Source: Chrysomallon squamiferum (Eukaryota; Animalia; Mollusca). Taken from it: a stretch of DNA of 64,000 bases. The stretch lies in the NCBI GenBank assembly GCA_012295275.1, contig CM022667.1, forward strand, positions 5,766,001 to 5,830,000, read 5' to 3'. Positions 13,141 to 29,565 of the stretch are shown piece after piece. The position numbers and the translations under genes were made by a program. The notes beneath the pieces are model-generated. The model worked only from the letters and a program-made list of their open reading frames with translations, did no database searches and was not told the DNA's origin. Each line of letters begins with the position of its first letter. Position 1 is the first letter of the stretch.

Positions 13141-15664
13141 GCCTTCTCTGGTCTCTGTTTTGGTATTTTTGTAGCAGTTTGTGTAAGTTTGCACATGGGT
13201 AGGTAATTCTTGAGATCTTTGTTATTTCCTTAGCATTCTTGTTTTTTTTTATGTTTATGCAATATTAAACAGTAAACAACAAAAAAAGCAATACAATGTG
13301 GTGCATGAAATATTTCTGGCAGCCATAAAAATTTCTGACATTAGATGAAGGCAATAATCATAAAATCAGCAAGTTGAAGTTTCCGCTTGCTCTGCTAATC
13401 ATGTGGGTTAACTTAGTTCTGCATTGCAAATTTAGATGGTATTCTTACTCCCCTTAAACTATGCTGTGACAAACTTTTACTTTTTTATATTAATTTTGAT
13501 TTGGTGGAGGGACAAACAATGTCTCATGAGCATTAATTTCTGTCCTTTTAGCAACTTGCTTGTTAACTTCAATTCAAATATAACTCTGGATCTATGTTTA
13601 ATGCAAATGCATAAGTGAATATACAACAGTCAGGGGAGAGATGAAGCCATATATCCTTGTGAGCAAAGGTTATATCAGTGATTGTGGATTTAAGCATTCA
13701 GTTGTAACAGCCATAATCAATTTAACATCCCCAGCTATTATGAAAAACATAACTTTATACAAAACTTCCTTAATTAAATACATATATAGCATTCTTGCAT
13801 ATTGATATTTACCTGCGGTATTTGTTTGCAGTTGTTGGGACTGATTGTTACTGAAGGAAAACGCTTATCAAAGAAACATAAATAATTTACATAACTGAAA
13901 TAAATAATATACCTTTCTTAAATTTTCACAACAAAAGCTGTTTCACTTTTCAGTGTCCCTATTGAAGAGAAAAAATACTTGAGAGAAAAACGGCTGTACT
14001 CTTTCTCAGATACATAATTATAATAAATAATAAAATATGTACTTAAAGTAGCAAACGATGTTAGATATGAGCAAACATTTTTTTGTATCGTTTGACATTT
14101 TTACTGAAATATTATACAGAAATAATGAATTCAAAAATGAAAAAGCACTCACCGATGTAGAGTCGTTAGCCCGGAATCACGACACAGTGCAGGAAGTAAA
14201 TTATCAATAAGCAGGCATCGGGACCATTCAATACAACCGAATTAGGTTTTGGTTTGTAAATAACAGCAAACTTGACTGAGGTTATTAAAAGTGGTTAAAA
14301 CATGGTTTATAAGACAGTAAAGCAATAACGTGAAAATAAAGAAATGTTTTTGAAATAGAGTTTATGCCATACATTATAATAATAAATTATAAATTGCTGA
14401 TGAAAAATGTATCAGGTTTTGACAGATTATCGTTGTTGTTATTTTTTCTTTCTTCTTTGTTTGCCTTTACATTTTCCCCCTCAGTGCCACCTAAACCAGT
14501 TGGCTTGAAAGGGCTCGTACAAATAGGACTCATTTGTACAAAAAGGAAAATGGCGTCTGATTTGAGGTGTATGTTTCTGTGGATATTTCTTCTACATATT
14601 GATATTTGCTTAGGTTAGTTTTTACACTGGGATATTGTTTCAGTGTTTGTGTAAATAATTAATTTGACTATTATTAGATCATCTTGCAGATTAGGTCACT
14701 CACCAGAGAACTGTGAGACAGGTTACCATTATACATGCCAAGATATCGAATATTTTGCCGGATTGTTGATATTGCGAACGTATTTCCGATAATAAAATAT
14801 ACACACAAATAGAAGTGTTTGCAATGGTGAAATAACACAAACACGCTTTCATTTGTCTGACTTAAAAGTTAAAGTGTATACATAAGAATTATGATTCGAA
14901 GTCGCTTTTCCACTGCGAACGACACTCATAAAGTTACACTTATCGGTAACTTTCAGTTTAGATCTGCCACATTTTAGGAAATAATTTACCAAGTGTTATA
15001 TATATATAACAACGGAAAAAAAATAAAATAATAAAATAAGGAAAAGAAAATAGCTGAGGAATGAAAAATAAAATGTTATGCTGTATATACCTTAGCCACT
15101 TTATATTATAGCATTGTATTTTGTCTATGAAAATAACATTATATTTGGTTGTTGGAAATTTAACTGTGTTTTGATATTAGTTGTAATTATCCTGAAATGT
15201 TGTTACTGAGTCAGTGCATATGACATCACACAAAATTTAAATAATTAAATAATTATCATCTTGATCTTTGAATTTGACAGCTTGTAACTGGTGATCTATA
15301 AACAGTATTGGTGGAGGTACATAAATAATGCTTAGACATGTTAACGTGTGTTCAGTTTGAAATTCCAGTATTTACCTGATCTTGTGATCTGTTATTGTTT
15401 TCTTCACTCTTTTGTTTCTCTCTTGTTTATTTATAATGTTTTGAACAATAATTAATATCTAAGAAATAAATTTTAGAAGCACACAAATTAAAATTAATAA
15501 ATTTACAAAAACAACAAAGAAACGAAGAAAAAAAGAACCAGCAGAAAAACATCTCACCATAATAATGCATAATAGTGAAAGTTTAATGCATCAGAAATAT
15601 AATGTTTTTAATTTATTGTCCTTTATTAATGTTTTTTTGTTTTTTTTTGTTTCATGTCTTGTAG

Positions 15665-16009
15665 GTTTTTCATTGAGGTTGTCTGGCTCACCAAATTGTC
15701 CTTCTTACATTCTGACCTGTAACGTGACAGATGCTGCTGGGCTTGATGATCTTATAATGTTCAACAGGCAAACATCGACAGCTTCAGTTGTTTCAATAGA
15801 ACAATCGCCTACAAGAGGATGTCGTGTGTTCGGTAAAATACCGCCAGGTTATGTTATAGGTTGTGGAAGTGGAACAGAGAAAACGACATCAGAAAGTAAA
15901 ACTTACACTGTGAAGATAAATAATGTTCCAGAAAAAGATCTTACTGACTGGTGGTGCTCACTGCTGGCAGATAAAACGCAAAGCAACAAACACAGAGTAA
16001 CATGTGAAA
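15665..16009 (+). CDS. Gene B V-like Ig domain exon
   Basis: cttgtag acceptor, A|gtaagt donor; shares the CGxGT..S.K.Y.(V/L).I and DWxC signature with the V exons of genes C and D. Confidence 0.85.
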
Positions 16010-18410
16010 GTAAGTTGATATAAATATGTTTTTATTATCAGAACATGTTACTGTAATTATCTAACTAAGATAGAAAATCTACAAATCCAAGTATATGAAA
16101 TTAAGGTTTAAATATTTATAAGTAAACTGAGAAAAATAAAATGAGAGATTAATTAATATGACAACATTCTTGAGGTTTGTTTGAATCATACAGCAGGTTG
16201 ATGTTCCAAAACTAGGTATTACTGGGAACACAGTGATGCTAACTGAACGTTTTGCTGATATAATTTTATGTTAATATACTTCCTGGAAATTCCTGACCTA
16301 GAACTTCAGCACATCGGCAGGTATTTTCATGCTTTGATTGTGACACAGCTATATCCACTGCATCAGCACTTTCTCCAAGTCTTCACTTTGCCCATAGTTG
16401 CACTCTGCATAATATTCCTTAGCTGTGTTTTCTGTTTCATTATGTGATAGACAGTCAAAGAGCCAACACCGACTGTTCACAGAATTTATGCACCGATATT
16501 GTCGAGTCTACTGATATCTACCTCAGATGCCAGAATCCAAACCTGGTATTGACATGAAATGTTGGCAGTTGTGCAATGTGACTATAGAAATAGAAGAATA
16601 TATTTGTCATTTTATTTGTAGTTTTCCTAACAACCTGAAACAAACAAAAATTGATATAAAGGTATTAGTAAAGCCTGTATTTTGTGGCATTAGCATTACA
16701 TAAATAATTTTAAAAATACAGTCTGTACAGTGTAAAGCTCATTTCAGTTATTTTTCCTTTAAGAAAAGGGGGTTCTGGATATATTTTAACTGTAAAACTG
16801 GATATTAAGGTGTACACATGTCCATATTAAACAAAAACACAACACATAGTTCTTCTCTGGACAGTGACAATTATTTTAAAGCATTTACATGTTTTTCCTC
16901 TGGGAATATAAAATAAATTTTTGCAAGTAATTAAGTTAATTATGTTATTCTAGAACTTAATACGAAATAATAATAAGTAAAGTTTATACATTTTTATTTG
17001 TGTTCTGATATAAGTCCTTGATGTAATATAGATAATGTGAATAACAGATTAGGATATTACACTTGAAAAAGGTGAAGTCTTATCAAGGTTGCTGTTCCAG
17101 TAAAGAAGAAATATTATTCATATGAGTCTGACACTTGTGACTTAACATAAATTTTACATTTCTTACCAGACTTTTCATTGTTTGTACCTAATAAACAGAT
17201 CTGTGCATTATAAATACTGAACGAATTTCTGTGAAATGTGGTACACAGTTTGAATATCCATGGAGCTACATTAGTTTTCGTTCTTCCTTCAAAATAAGCT
17301 TTTAATGATGAAAATAATTAAACTTTTCAATGTCCAATTCTGTGTATTTTTTCTATTTTTTCTGTCAAGACTACTGTAATCACCATAACAGTGTGCAGTG
17401 TACACTAGCAAATCGCATATTATGTAACCATATACATTACACATTTGTAATCCAAATATATAGAAATATAAATTATAGCAATACAGCTATCCCTGCTTCA
17501 CACGGTTTAAATTAACATGTTTTCCAAATTAACAGTTGATGAACTGCTTTCAGTTTTTATTCAACGTCAATTTCGCTCAACGTCAATTTCGCTGTAACAT
17601 CAAAGAGACAAGTTCACTTTTCTTGTACACTCTGTTATTAGTCACTTTTGCCCTTACAAGTTTTATATTAACTCAGTATGTTAAGGAAACACTAACTATG
17701 GAACAAAACTTCAAATAACTAGAATGTGAAAATTATGATAATAGTCTTGAATCGAAGCTTTGGAAATGTATTATGTGTTTTGCTCATAGAAAACTGTTGA
17801 AATGCTGTGCCATTAAATGAGGAAAGCTGTTACACAGTATCAGTTTTAGCCAGTACTATAAACAAGCTTTGAACTTCTACAGCTTTAGAAATAAATATAG
17901 TTGGTGGAAACACTCCTAGTCCAAGGCGCTGGGGAAAGAAAGTTAGCAAACGTAAAATCACAATTAAGTTTGTAGCATTTTTCTTTAAAAGATGGTGTAA
18001 TGACTTGCACTTTTGAAAATTTGGTTTTAAAGACTTTGGATGTGGCTGCAATTTCATGAGTTAAATAGAGCCAGAAAATGAGTTTAGATTTGATCATGAA
18101 GAGGCAGATAGGCTTGAATGCAGCGCGTGCATCTACAGATCACGGTACACTGACTTAAGTGTGCCGACATAAACACTCCAACAAAAGCGCTTATGTTAGT
18201 ATGCCCTTAGTTAAATAAGTAAAATATAAATAATAAAATAAAAAATAAAAACAATTAACCAAAACATTCAGTAGATAAGCGTAGTGTTATGGTATTAAAA
18301 TAAATAAATAAATAAATAAATAATGCTATACATAAAAATATATTTAAATGACATAAATACATGCAAATAAGAAAATACGTCTGATTATTATTCTATTCTG
18401 ATTTTCGCAG

Positions 18411-19819
<1,409 letters not shown>

Positions 19820-19820
<1 letters not shown>

Positions 19821-20570
19821 CAGAGACATAGGTGTTGTGGGATTGACTGGAAAACTGTTCACAGGCCCGTGGATTAAAATGTTTTCTATTTCAGCAGAAG
19901 GACCAGTCAGTTATGTTGAAGCCATCAGAGAAGTAAAGAATGTGTTTAATGCACTTGCTAATGCTGCCAAAGCTCTAATGTATCTGCTGAGAGAGATTGA
20001 GATTCCTTTAGTAATGTAATTTACGATCTGTTACAATGCTGTCACTTCTGCATATTCCAAGTATGATCTGGTCAGAGACATGCTTTTGTACTGACTTATT
20101 GCGACAGCAGCTTTTTTAGACAGTACATTAGCTACTTTGAAAACGATCCTACATCCCAGCTGACAAACCGGCAAGACATTGTGGGCAGAGAAAAGAAGAA
20201 GAAAAAACACAAATAAATAAATAAAAAAGAGATGGAAGTTGAAATAACACTGAAATCTCTGAAAACTAAGAACATTATGCCAGCGTTTCCTGAACTGGAA
20301 GAAAAAGTCCTGTCAGACCTGGCAGATATTATGTCTGAGACGGTTTTGAGCAGAGACTTGTGTCATCTGTGGTTTGACGCTACATCTCAGATTAACGTGA
20401 CGTACTCTGGGAAGGTAGAAAGGTTACAGAAAAGGTTCGTACAAACCAGTGTATGTAGTGGTTGCCTACTGGAACAAAAATGGCACATTTGATACTGCAA
20501 TTGATTATGATACATCCTCAAAATTTGAACTTGTCATAGATACTATTATGGGGGACCTGATACTGTCATC
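19820..20570 (+). mobile_element. Degenerate transposase-like coding fragment
   Basis: Higher-GC broken ORFs 19804-20019 (GLTGKLFTGPW) and 20232-20492 (LCHLWFD...YSGKV); begins exactly where the A/B duplication ends. Family not determined. Confidence 0.4.
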
Positions 20571-20726
20571 ACTAATAATATAATCACTATATAATCAGTA
20601 ATCTCATAGCAGTACAGTGAATGGATTTTTGCTCTCAAACCAGATCGTCATTTGAATTGTTCTGGTGTTGTCTTTAATTATTACCTTTCTTTCTTTTGTT
20701 TGAAGAGCGAAAAAACGTGTGAAAAA

Positions 20727-20773
<47 letters not shown>

Positions 20774-21076
20774 GAAAATGAATATTCCTCGTGTACTCCA
20801 TCAATGATTGAATCAGTGTTCTTGAAAACAAATTTGAATATATTTAATAATTATAGAGATGCCTGCAGAACTGTTCTTTATCATGGAGCTGATATGCATT
20901 GAAAATATAGTTCCCCGCCCCCACCAAAAAGAAAAAAACAAAAATCCCCACAATATTACAAGTGCAAAGGATCCATAATGGCAATCTGAAGAAAAATTTA
21001 AATAAAATGATGATTAAATAAAGCGATTTTGTTTTCGCTTGTTTGGTTGCTTTCTGGGGCAGTCGCAACATTAAGT

Positions 21077-21372
21077 AATTAGGCCTACATGTAATTCCTT
21101 TGTGAAGAACAAGAAGAAACAGACCTGCCTGCTCATAGACAGGACAGTACCTTCAGAGAGAAATGTGTCAGTCAAAGAAATGTACAAACGACTTGAAATA
21201 GAGACCAGCAAGATGTGGGAGATGAGAAGAACAAGAGCCCAGTTACAAAGAAGGATCTGGAAGATCCAGAGTAACATCTTCATAGCAAAACAAGAGAAGA
21301 TTACTCTTCTAGGAACAGAAAACCAGAATCCGTTCAACACTAAACACTGGACTAGTAATGAAAATGTAAACA

Positions 21373-21465
<93 letters not shown>
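21077..21465 (+). mobile_element. 3' end of an RLE-type non-LTR retrotransposon (CRE/NeSL/R4-like) with (TAA)n tail
   Basis: KNKKKQTCLLID.TVPSERNVSVKE..YK.LEIE..KMW...KITLLGT matches the restriction-like endonuclease C-terminus; followed directly by (TAA)n at 21374-21465. Confidence 0.75.
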
Positions 21466-21467
<2 letters not shown>

Positions 21468-22317
21468 TCGGTGCTACTTAAATTGTATCTAATGAAGTAA
21501 ATGTTATATTTTAAATTTACTTAACAGTTCATACCTAATATATATCAAGATATGAACTGTAAAACCCCATACTGTGCGGTTTTAGTTTATTATCTGTGAA
21601 AAGAGATTAAAGACATGTAGGTATGTTAATTTCTATCGTAGCAGTGTCTACATCTTCACATAATCAGCAAATGATACTCAAATAGTTGTCGGGGAAGAAA
21701 AAACAGTCTTCTTCCTAAGAAAATATATTTGCTGTGTAGAATAATCCTATTTGTAAATCAAATTATTTACCATCAGCGAATAGTTAAACTCTATTTGTGT
21801 GTCAGTTTTAAGTCTTTTCTTCAGTTCTGACTTAATATGTTCTAGATGTATCACAGTCACGTTATGGTTACTAAACTGTTTAGAAACCCTTACCAGGACA
21901 AAGACTGGCCTGTTATACAAGAAATAATAAAGTATTTACTTTCAAGAATAGGAAAAATAAAAAATCCCAGTTTATCTCATAAGGATTTTGTGAAACGTTC
22001 GTTTGTAATTAATGAAACCGTTTTAAAGTTATCTTTGTAGTTAATTAAATTGTACATACGTGATACGGCTAAAAATCCTTTCTAACGCCATTCTGTGACG
22101 TGAGTTGTATTACTAGCAAACAGACAGTTGGAAAAAGCAGAATAAAATTAAAATGTATGAAAGGAAAAAAATGAATAAATCAGTTCATTAATAAAAGGAA
22201 AATAATTAAAACAAAATAAATAAGTGCAATTTTTTTCCCCAAGAAATGAAATTATATATATAATTTTATAAAATATTAAATTAGGTTTGGCAAAACTAAA
22301 TAAAATAAACAAACAAA

Positions 22318-22364
<47 letters not shown>

Positions 22365-22419
22365 AAGAATAAATAAATAAATAATATAAACATATATCCA
22401 TATATATATATATTAATTT

Positions 22420-22730
22420 TAGGATCACTTGAACATGTTTAGCCTCATCTCGGGCCATAACTCTCTGTACCTACCCGCTGTCGAGATAATATCTAGCCTC
22501 GTTTCCAGTTTCTTATTCAGTACTGTAAACTTAGTGGAAGTTCGCGGTGAGATAGTCTGTGCTATCAAATGATCGCCAGTAATTTAATAAAACATCAAAA
22601 CAAGGATTTGTATGATATTTAGTCACTATAATACTGTAACTTTAATTTAAATCTAAAATGGAATCTTACTGCATTAATTAAATCAGGATAAAAGTACGCA
22701 TTGTTGACAGAAACAAACGAGGAAGTTTAC
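22420..22730 (+). promoter_or_regulatory. Conserved proximal promoter block of gene C (paralog at ~39905-40200)
   Basis: Identical islands TGTACCTACCCGCTG and CTTAGTGGAAGTTCGCGGTGAG upstream of both ATGs; ETS-like GGAAGT (22536, 22721) and GATA AGATAA (22484). Confidence 0.55.
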
Positions 22731-22807
22731 AGCAAGTGAAAGCGTCGTTTCTTCTCAGAACGGGATTTTTTATTTAAAGTATTCACGTTATTTATAATTA
22801 ATTAATT

Positions 22808-22883
22808 ATGTCTGCGATGTTTATGACTGTTGACAAGCAACTGATTTTAATGGTTTTCTTGTTGAACAGTGTTGCTTATTCAG
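22808..22883 (+). CDS. Gene C signal-peptide exon
   Basis: MSAMFMTVDKQLILMVFLLNSVAYS, CAG|gtaagt donor; homologous to 40222-40288. Confidence 0.85.
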
Positions 22884-25800
22884 GTAAGTTTACTGAAACT
22901 GTAAAACAAAACAATTTAAAAATTAGAAAACTTCATAAAATTCAGTCTTCATTGGTTGTCACCTGTGAAAATTATAAAAAATTATTCTTTGATACTTTTG
23001 TTAATACAGATAATGACTTTTTGTGATTTAACTAAATACATTATGTCTGTTATTAAACAAACATTATTTTGAATATTAAATAAATTGTTTATCTCACTCT
23101 TTAGGTTCTCAAAATATTCATAAAATGGAAAACAGGTATTATCTGGAAATGATTTAATAAATGTTTTGGTATTTGCATTTTATTCAGTTTTATTTATTTA
23201 TTTATTTATTTATTCATTCAATAAGATTAAAAAATAAAAAAAAATAAAAAAATATGCCTCTCATAACTGAGCATTTCTTTATTCTTGCTGAAATGACTTT
23301 TTAAAATTATAAGCAGTTTTGAATATATATTTGTAATTAATACTGAAATAAATATGTTCTTATTATTTCTTATTTATTTTCTCAGATTTGAAATTATTAT
23401 CATTAATCAGGAGAAATAAATAATATCTGTTTTATTATGATTGCATACAATCTAGGTATAAATATGTTGACAGGCAATAGAAGGTAGTTATGTATCAATG
23501 TCTGTTTGTGTTCTTATGTTCAGTTTCTCATATTGTACAAAATTAAAAATCATTTAATTATCTTTCAGTCTTCTTAACAAATGACAAAAATTACATTGTG
23601 ATATGGTTGTGTGTTATTTTTCCATGAACTATTGCATTGGATAAAACTAATTTTGTTTCTAATTTCAAAAAGGATGTTTATGTTAATTTAAGAGAAATTA
23701 ACAATTTACAACATGAATGGAATACACACCTCAACACCCCAAAATGTTACAAATACTAAATTTCCTAAAACTGTACATATCTAAACTGTAATAGGAAGAG
23801 AAAAACAATAAAAAAAAGTTTTCGTTTGACAGTTATGAACAAGTTTTTTTTCTGATAGTATTGGTCTGTATTTGTGCTAAAAAGTCATGTAAAACTATGT
23901 TTATTCAATGTTCATATACTCACTTTTAAAAAATCACTATAATGTTTCTTCCATTTATATATATATATGATAAAATATATATATGGTAATCAAAAATGGT
24001 ATCACTTCACAGCACTACAGGTCATTATCTGTATTGTTGTTGATGTATGAATTCTCATAAGAAAGTCACAAATTTCATATATAATCTCTTAAGGTAGAAA
24101 TTTATTTAGAAAATGTAAAAATATACATATAAAATATCTAAATATCTTCATATGAACAAGGAAAGTTATTAAGAGCAGCAAGAATATACTGTTTGATAAT
24201 TATATTTTCATATACAATAAAAATAGATTTTCATGAAAGAAAATTATCTAAAATATCTGAATATCACTCTTTGATTACTGAACAAAATGATGCACTCTGT
24301 TTAGTAAAATAACCGTGCAGTGAATTATATTAGAAATATTAAATAATTATCATAAATGATTACAGTATTCCTTTTAAACAGTTTTTTTCCTAAATTTATT
24401 TTACAGATTGTGTTTCACTGACTTTGTCTGGATCTTCATCTCATTTAGTCAAAGACAAACAGTTTACTCTGACTTGTACAGTGTCAGGTGCTGAAAATCT
24501 TCAAGACAGAATAGCATTTTATAAAGATGGTGGTAGTGTGAATTTTGCTTCACTCAGACAGAAACTAGATCAATGTTCTGTGTGGAATGGTCCAGCTGAC
24601 AGACAGAGTTATTCTGTAGAGTGTGGAGATGGGACAAACAGCAGACTGTCAACCACTAAGAACTATTCTGTGACAATTAACAAAGCTTCAGATCAGGATG
24701 TTGCAGACTGGTTTTGTAAACTGAATACTGCTAGAATGTCCAGTAACACACTGAGATTAGAAATGAGCAGTAAGTAAATAATTATATTTTTATGAAAAAG
24801 ACTTTATTAGAGTAATAAAATAAACTGTTTTAATAAAACAAAATAAACAGGAAATTTATATAATTCTAATAATTCAATTAACTTTATATATATATACAGT
24901 GTTAATATTCATTTTTACTGTAAATATCTTTTAAGAGTGTTAATTTACTTAATTTATTAATATATTTTATTATATTTTGTTTTTTATTTTTTATTTATTA
25001 TTTGATTATTATTATTTTGTTTTGTTCTTGCTGTTGTATCAGTTCCACTTTCATGAATTATAGCTATTGCAAAAAACCCACAAACACTGAGCCTATTATG
25101 AAGTATTTGACTTAAAGGCAAAAGATGTTCAACCAGTGTTGATACTGATTAGTGCTTTATATTTGTGTGGATGGATGGAAATATGCTGAAAATAATGTTA
25201 GCACAGCATTTCAAATATATTTTTTGAGAAGCTTATTTCATTTCTCAAATACAGGTGAAATTTGAGTTCATGTTACCAACTTTAAATATAAACCAGTTTT
25301 AATGGTTAGTTCAGTAAGAAAAAAAGCACAGACACTGGTCAAAGCTATAGCAAACATTTCCAAAAAATTAAAAAAAAAGTAATTATTGAGATAGTAAAAG
25401 TATTGTTATTTAAAAACAAATCAATGTAAGAAATAGATATATGAAATATTTTTTTTTAAATTTGGAAAAGGATCGATGCTGAGATCATTGACATGTGAAT
25501 CAATAGATTTGCAAAAGCATAAATGATATTTAATCTTATATCTGGTAGCTGAAACTGATTCCTGTAATATTTTAGACTTCTTAATATGAATTTATTAACT
25601 AACTGCTATTTTTGAATTGGTTAGACAGAAGCCAAGTGTTGGTAATCAATAAAACAAAGTTTTTATTTGACAAACATGAAATCATTCTATCTTCAAGTTT
25701 TAAAAATAATTTTCATATAACATAATTAAGACCTTATAATTTATAACATAATGTACAGTAATCCCTTGATTAGTGAGGTTAATTAATTCTCCAATATCAC

Positions 25801-28800
25801 AACATATATCTGAACCACATTAGTTAATCATAAAAACCAAAGAAATAATTATAATGAATCATGTACAATAAAATTTTTAAAAATATAATAAATTATTTAT
25901 ATTTATTTTCACTTTCAAATATTTGTTTATTTAGAGAGAAACATATCTGTAGTTGATATTTTAAATCATTTATGTCTTTTAACAGACTGGCAGCATCTAT
26001 ACAAAAGAGAACCAGGAGACATATTGATCAACTATTTTACTATTTTCACTGATTTTACAGAATAGTGGATAATAAGTATTTCATGATTAAAAAGAATGGA
26101 GCATTTTTTTCCGAATTCAGGCCAAATCTTTGTTTGAAAATGTACATAAGAAACACCTTTCACACAACATCTATTAAACATTAAATCACAGTAAACAATG
26201 TTACAATGTGTGTTTCTTACATTGTCACTAGAACTGATCACTGATTCACAGATGATAAAGAGACTGGTATCTGCAACTCTTGAAAACAAAATAGGCTGCT
26301 TAGAGACTGTGTTCACTCTGCAGATTTTTCACCTCCATTTTTAAATTATCTGATTCCACTACTGAAATTTTATACACAAAGTGCTGGTAAGAGAATCTTT
26401 TAAAACACTAATCAAGATATTTTTGTAACAAAACCATCATATATGGAATTTAAATAGACAATGTGTGTTAAATTCAGAAACAGCAAACATTAAATCTGAC
26501 AGTAAATAATAACAGTGATTTCAGCATCTACTCAAGATGGAAGTCCTGAAGAGTTTTGCTTTCCAAAGTTCTTAGAAAATCTTTGTAGCTTTTTCTGCTC
26601 TACCTTAAAGGCCCTAATTATTGTCAAATGTCAGGCTGGTTAGAAAATAGAATGTTTATTTGGTGCATAAACTAAAGTATGTTGATGTTCTCCTTTACAA
26701 ATTTCATAGGCAATCATATCAATTACTAATCTGTTTTGTGCAACATTTAAAACTGTTATCTTAATTTGTGAATAAGTCTGTGTGTTCTAGAATCACCTTA
26801 AACACTGCACAATAATATTTCATGTGCTTAACCTTTATTATTAGTATTTAGCAAACTAACTTGTCGAAGAGTAACTGCTGATGTTTTCAAGATCAAATCA
26901 TGTGATGCTTAGTGTTTATGACAGTTGAGGTTTTTGTTTCTTTTTTTTTGTATTTAAAATATAAAAACTGATTGAGAAAGGGCTCTGAATGCATCTACAG
27001 TCTTCCTGAGTTTCAGTTCCCTGCCACTCTCACACATGGCTTCAGCATGTGTAACGTGAAAGGTTTTCTCCTGTTTTGATGTCACCAAAGTTTAGACTGA
27101 CAAGACTGAAGCATAATTTGGAAAAAGATCTGCTTGTGTCTTTATTGTAGTTTGTTGACTTCTGTTGTCTTTGAATTATTAACCTCTGAACTCATTTTTC
27201 TAGTGTGCTTGTTTATAAATATTCACTCTATAAATAAGTAAGTTTAGTGCTGCAGATATTTCTCTTTTTATACATGTTTATCTCACTAAATATGTAAGAA
27301 TTTTTGTTTTTGCTGGGGTGTTGTTAAATAAACAGTACAATTCATGAAATAATTTCAAGGCAGTAATTATGCAGAAGTATTTACTTTCAAATTTGGAAAT
27401 GAATTCAGGTTTTAAAGTGATGTCACATGAAATGATCATTATAACAGTTGAAATATTGATAAAACTACAGAGTAATAATAGGTGTATCAATGCTTAATTT
27501 AAAAAAAAAAAAATTCCCAATCACTCCTTTTAGACTGGTATCAAAGAGGTGGAATGAATCAGTGAGTGAGCTTATGAACATCTAAAAATATGTAATGTTT
27601 ATACAGGCATCCTGTATTTCAAATATATAAATCTAATAAGACTGTTATGGATGTTTATTAATATTTGAGTTTATATTAGTCACTTGTGTTAAGTTTAACT
27701 AAAAAGATCAAATAAACTAAATTATTAAGAAAGTTTTCTGTACATTTAAGAAATCTCAATCTACCTCATAATAACCAGTTATATATTAGTAACAAGGAAA
27801 CAGTATTAGTTTAGTTTTCTTTTACTGAGTTCAAACCTGTGACTTTGGCTCAAAAAGTCCAACACTCTAAACATTTTATCTAGTAGTGTTATGAAAGGAG
27901 AAGGACATCTCAGAGTTTAAACATAAACAAGTATCACTCAATGTCAGTAGGAAGGTTCTGTTTATGCTGCTAATACTGAATTAATTTCATAATGGATGAT
28001 ACACTGGTAATTATTTCTGCTATCAAAGTCACAAAGCAGTGAGTAAAGATGTCTTACTATTTAACAAATAAACAATTTACAGATCCTGTTTGAGTGTAGA
28101 TTATTTTATTTCAGTTCATTTTAAAGTAATTTTTGCTCTTTCACTGCACACATTAGGAAAATATTCAAGAGGAAAATTCATGGAAACCTCTCGTATCATT
28201 TAACCCAATTAAAATTGCACTGAGAAATCTGGCTGACAAACACTCCCAATGATAAAAATGGATGATGTTTAAACCTTCACTGAAACTGAAAATTAGCTTA
28301 GTTCTGGAAAATCAGAATATCTCAGGGTTATAAAAGCACTAATAGTTATTTCTAATAAATGTTACATATCAGCACAAGTAAGAAGCACATTAAAATTCTG
28401 ATCTTTTGAAAAGATCATATTGTTACATTTATTACTATTGTTATTGCTATTATTTATTTATTTATTTATTTACTTATTTTATTTTATTTTATTTTTATTT
28501 ACTTTTTGCAGGTGGACCAGATAGTGTTATGTTCAGTTTACCAGGAAATATTGAAGAAGGAGATGATTTGAATGTAAACTGTGTTGCTGTCTGCAAGCCG
28601 CCATGTTTGTTTTCCTGGTCTCTTAACAATCAACAGACTGAGTCAGGGTCTGAGCTCAGTGTTACAAATGTGAGAAGAAACCAGGCAGGACAGAAGTATA
28701 CATGTACTGTGACTAACAGAGTCTCAGCCAAATCTCTCACTAAAAGTTTCACTCTGAAAGTACACTGTGAGTTTTATTTAAAAATAATCTTAGAAATGTA

Positions 28801-28829
28801 TTTATAAATTAATTTTTGCATGTTTTCAG

Positions 28830-28865
<36 letters not shown>

Positions 28866-29525
28866 AGTAGTAGTGGTGGTGGTGGTGTCATTATTGTTTG
28901 TATTGTTGCCAGGTGACCAGTGATAGCTGTATGTAAAATAAAACTGTACTTGTGCAAAATATGAACATATTTTAATTTTTTGGCATCACAAACTGAGTGA
29001 GTATAAATATAATGTCACACTGATAATTGCAGATATTTCTTTGAATTTTCTTAGTAAGACAAAGACAAAATTAAAAACTCAAGGCTATATGCAGAAGAAG
29101 AAATAATTAGATTTCAAAAATTTGTATCAAGACAGGATTATCAGAGAAACAGTAAAATATGACTTTATTTCTAGGAAAAAATAATTGAAATAATTTTCAG
29201 AGAATGTTAGAATTTGTTCACTATCTAATCAAGGATTTCACTTCTGTAAGAATAGCAGTATTAGATACTTGGTATCTGGACTCTTCTGGCATTTTTACTT
29301 TACTATTAGTTAAACTGGTCAACAAATAAACACAAATCAATCACTTGTAATTACATAAAATATTTATATGTTATAGTTTCTAGGTATTGTCTTTCTTGGC
29401 TTTTCCATTCTGTCGTATCCTTCCTAGCCAGTAACTTATGATGATTTATTAAAATTGTTGTTTACTCCTTTCTCAGTACAGACTTTAACTAAAACATTTC
29501 TCCCTTCTTCACACACACACATACA

Positions 29526-29565
<40 letters not shown>

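Noticed and set aside
26000-27400. Possible degenerate DNA-transposon coding relic in gene C intron 2 (minus strand, HFQTKIW-like)
   Set aside because: Too decayed; no termini or convincing catalytic motif could be read by eye.
27827-27882. tRNA-like sequence on the minus strand
   Set aside because: Degenerate boxes and no intact cloverleaf; at most an old SINE head.
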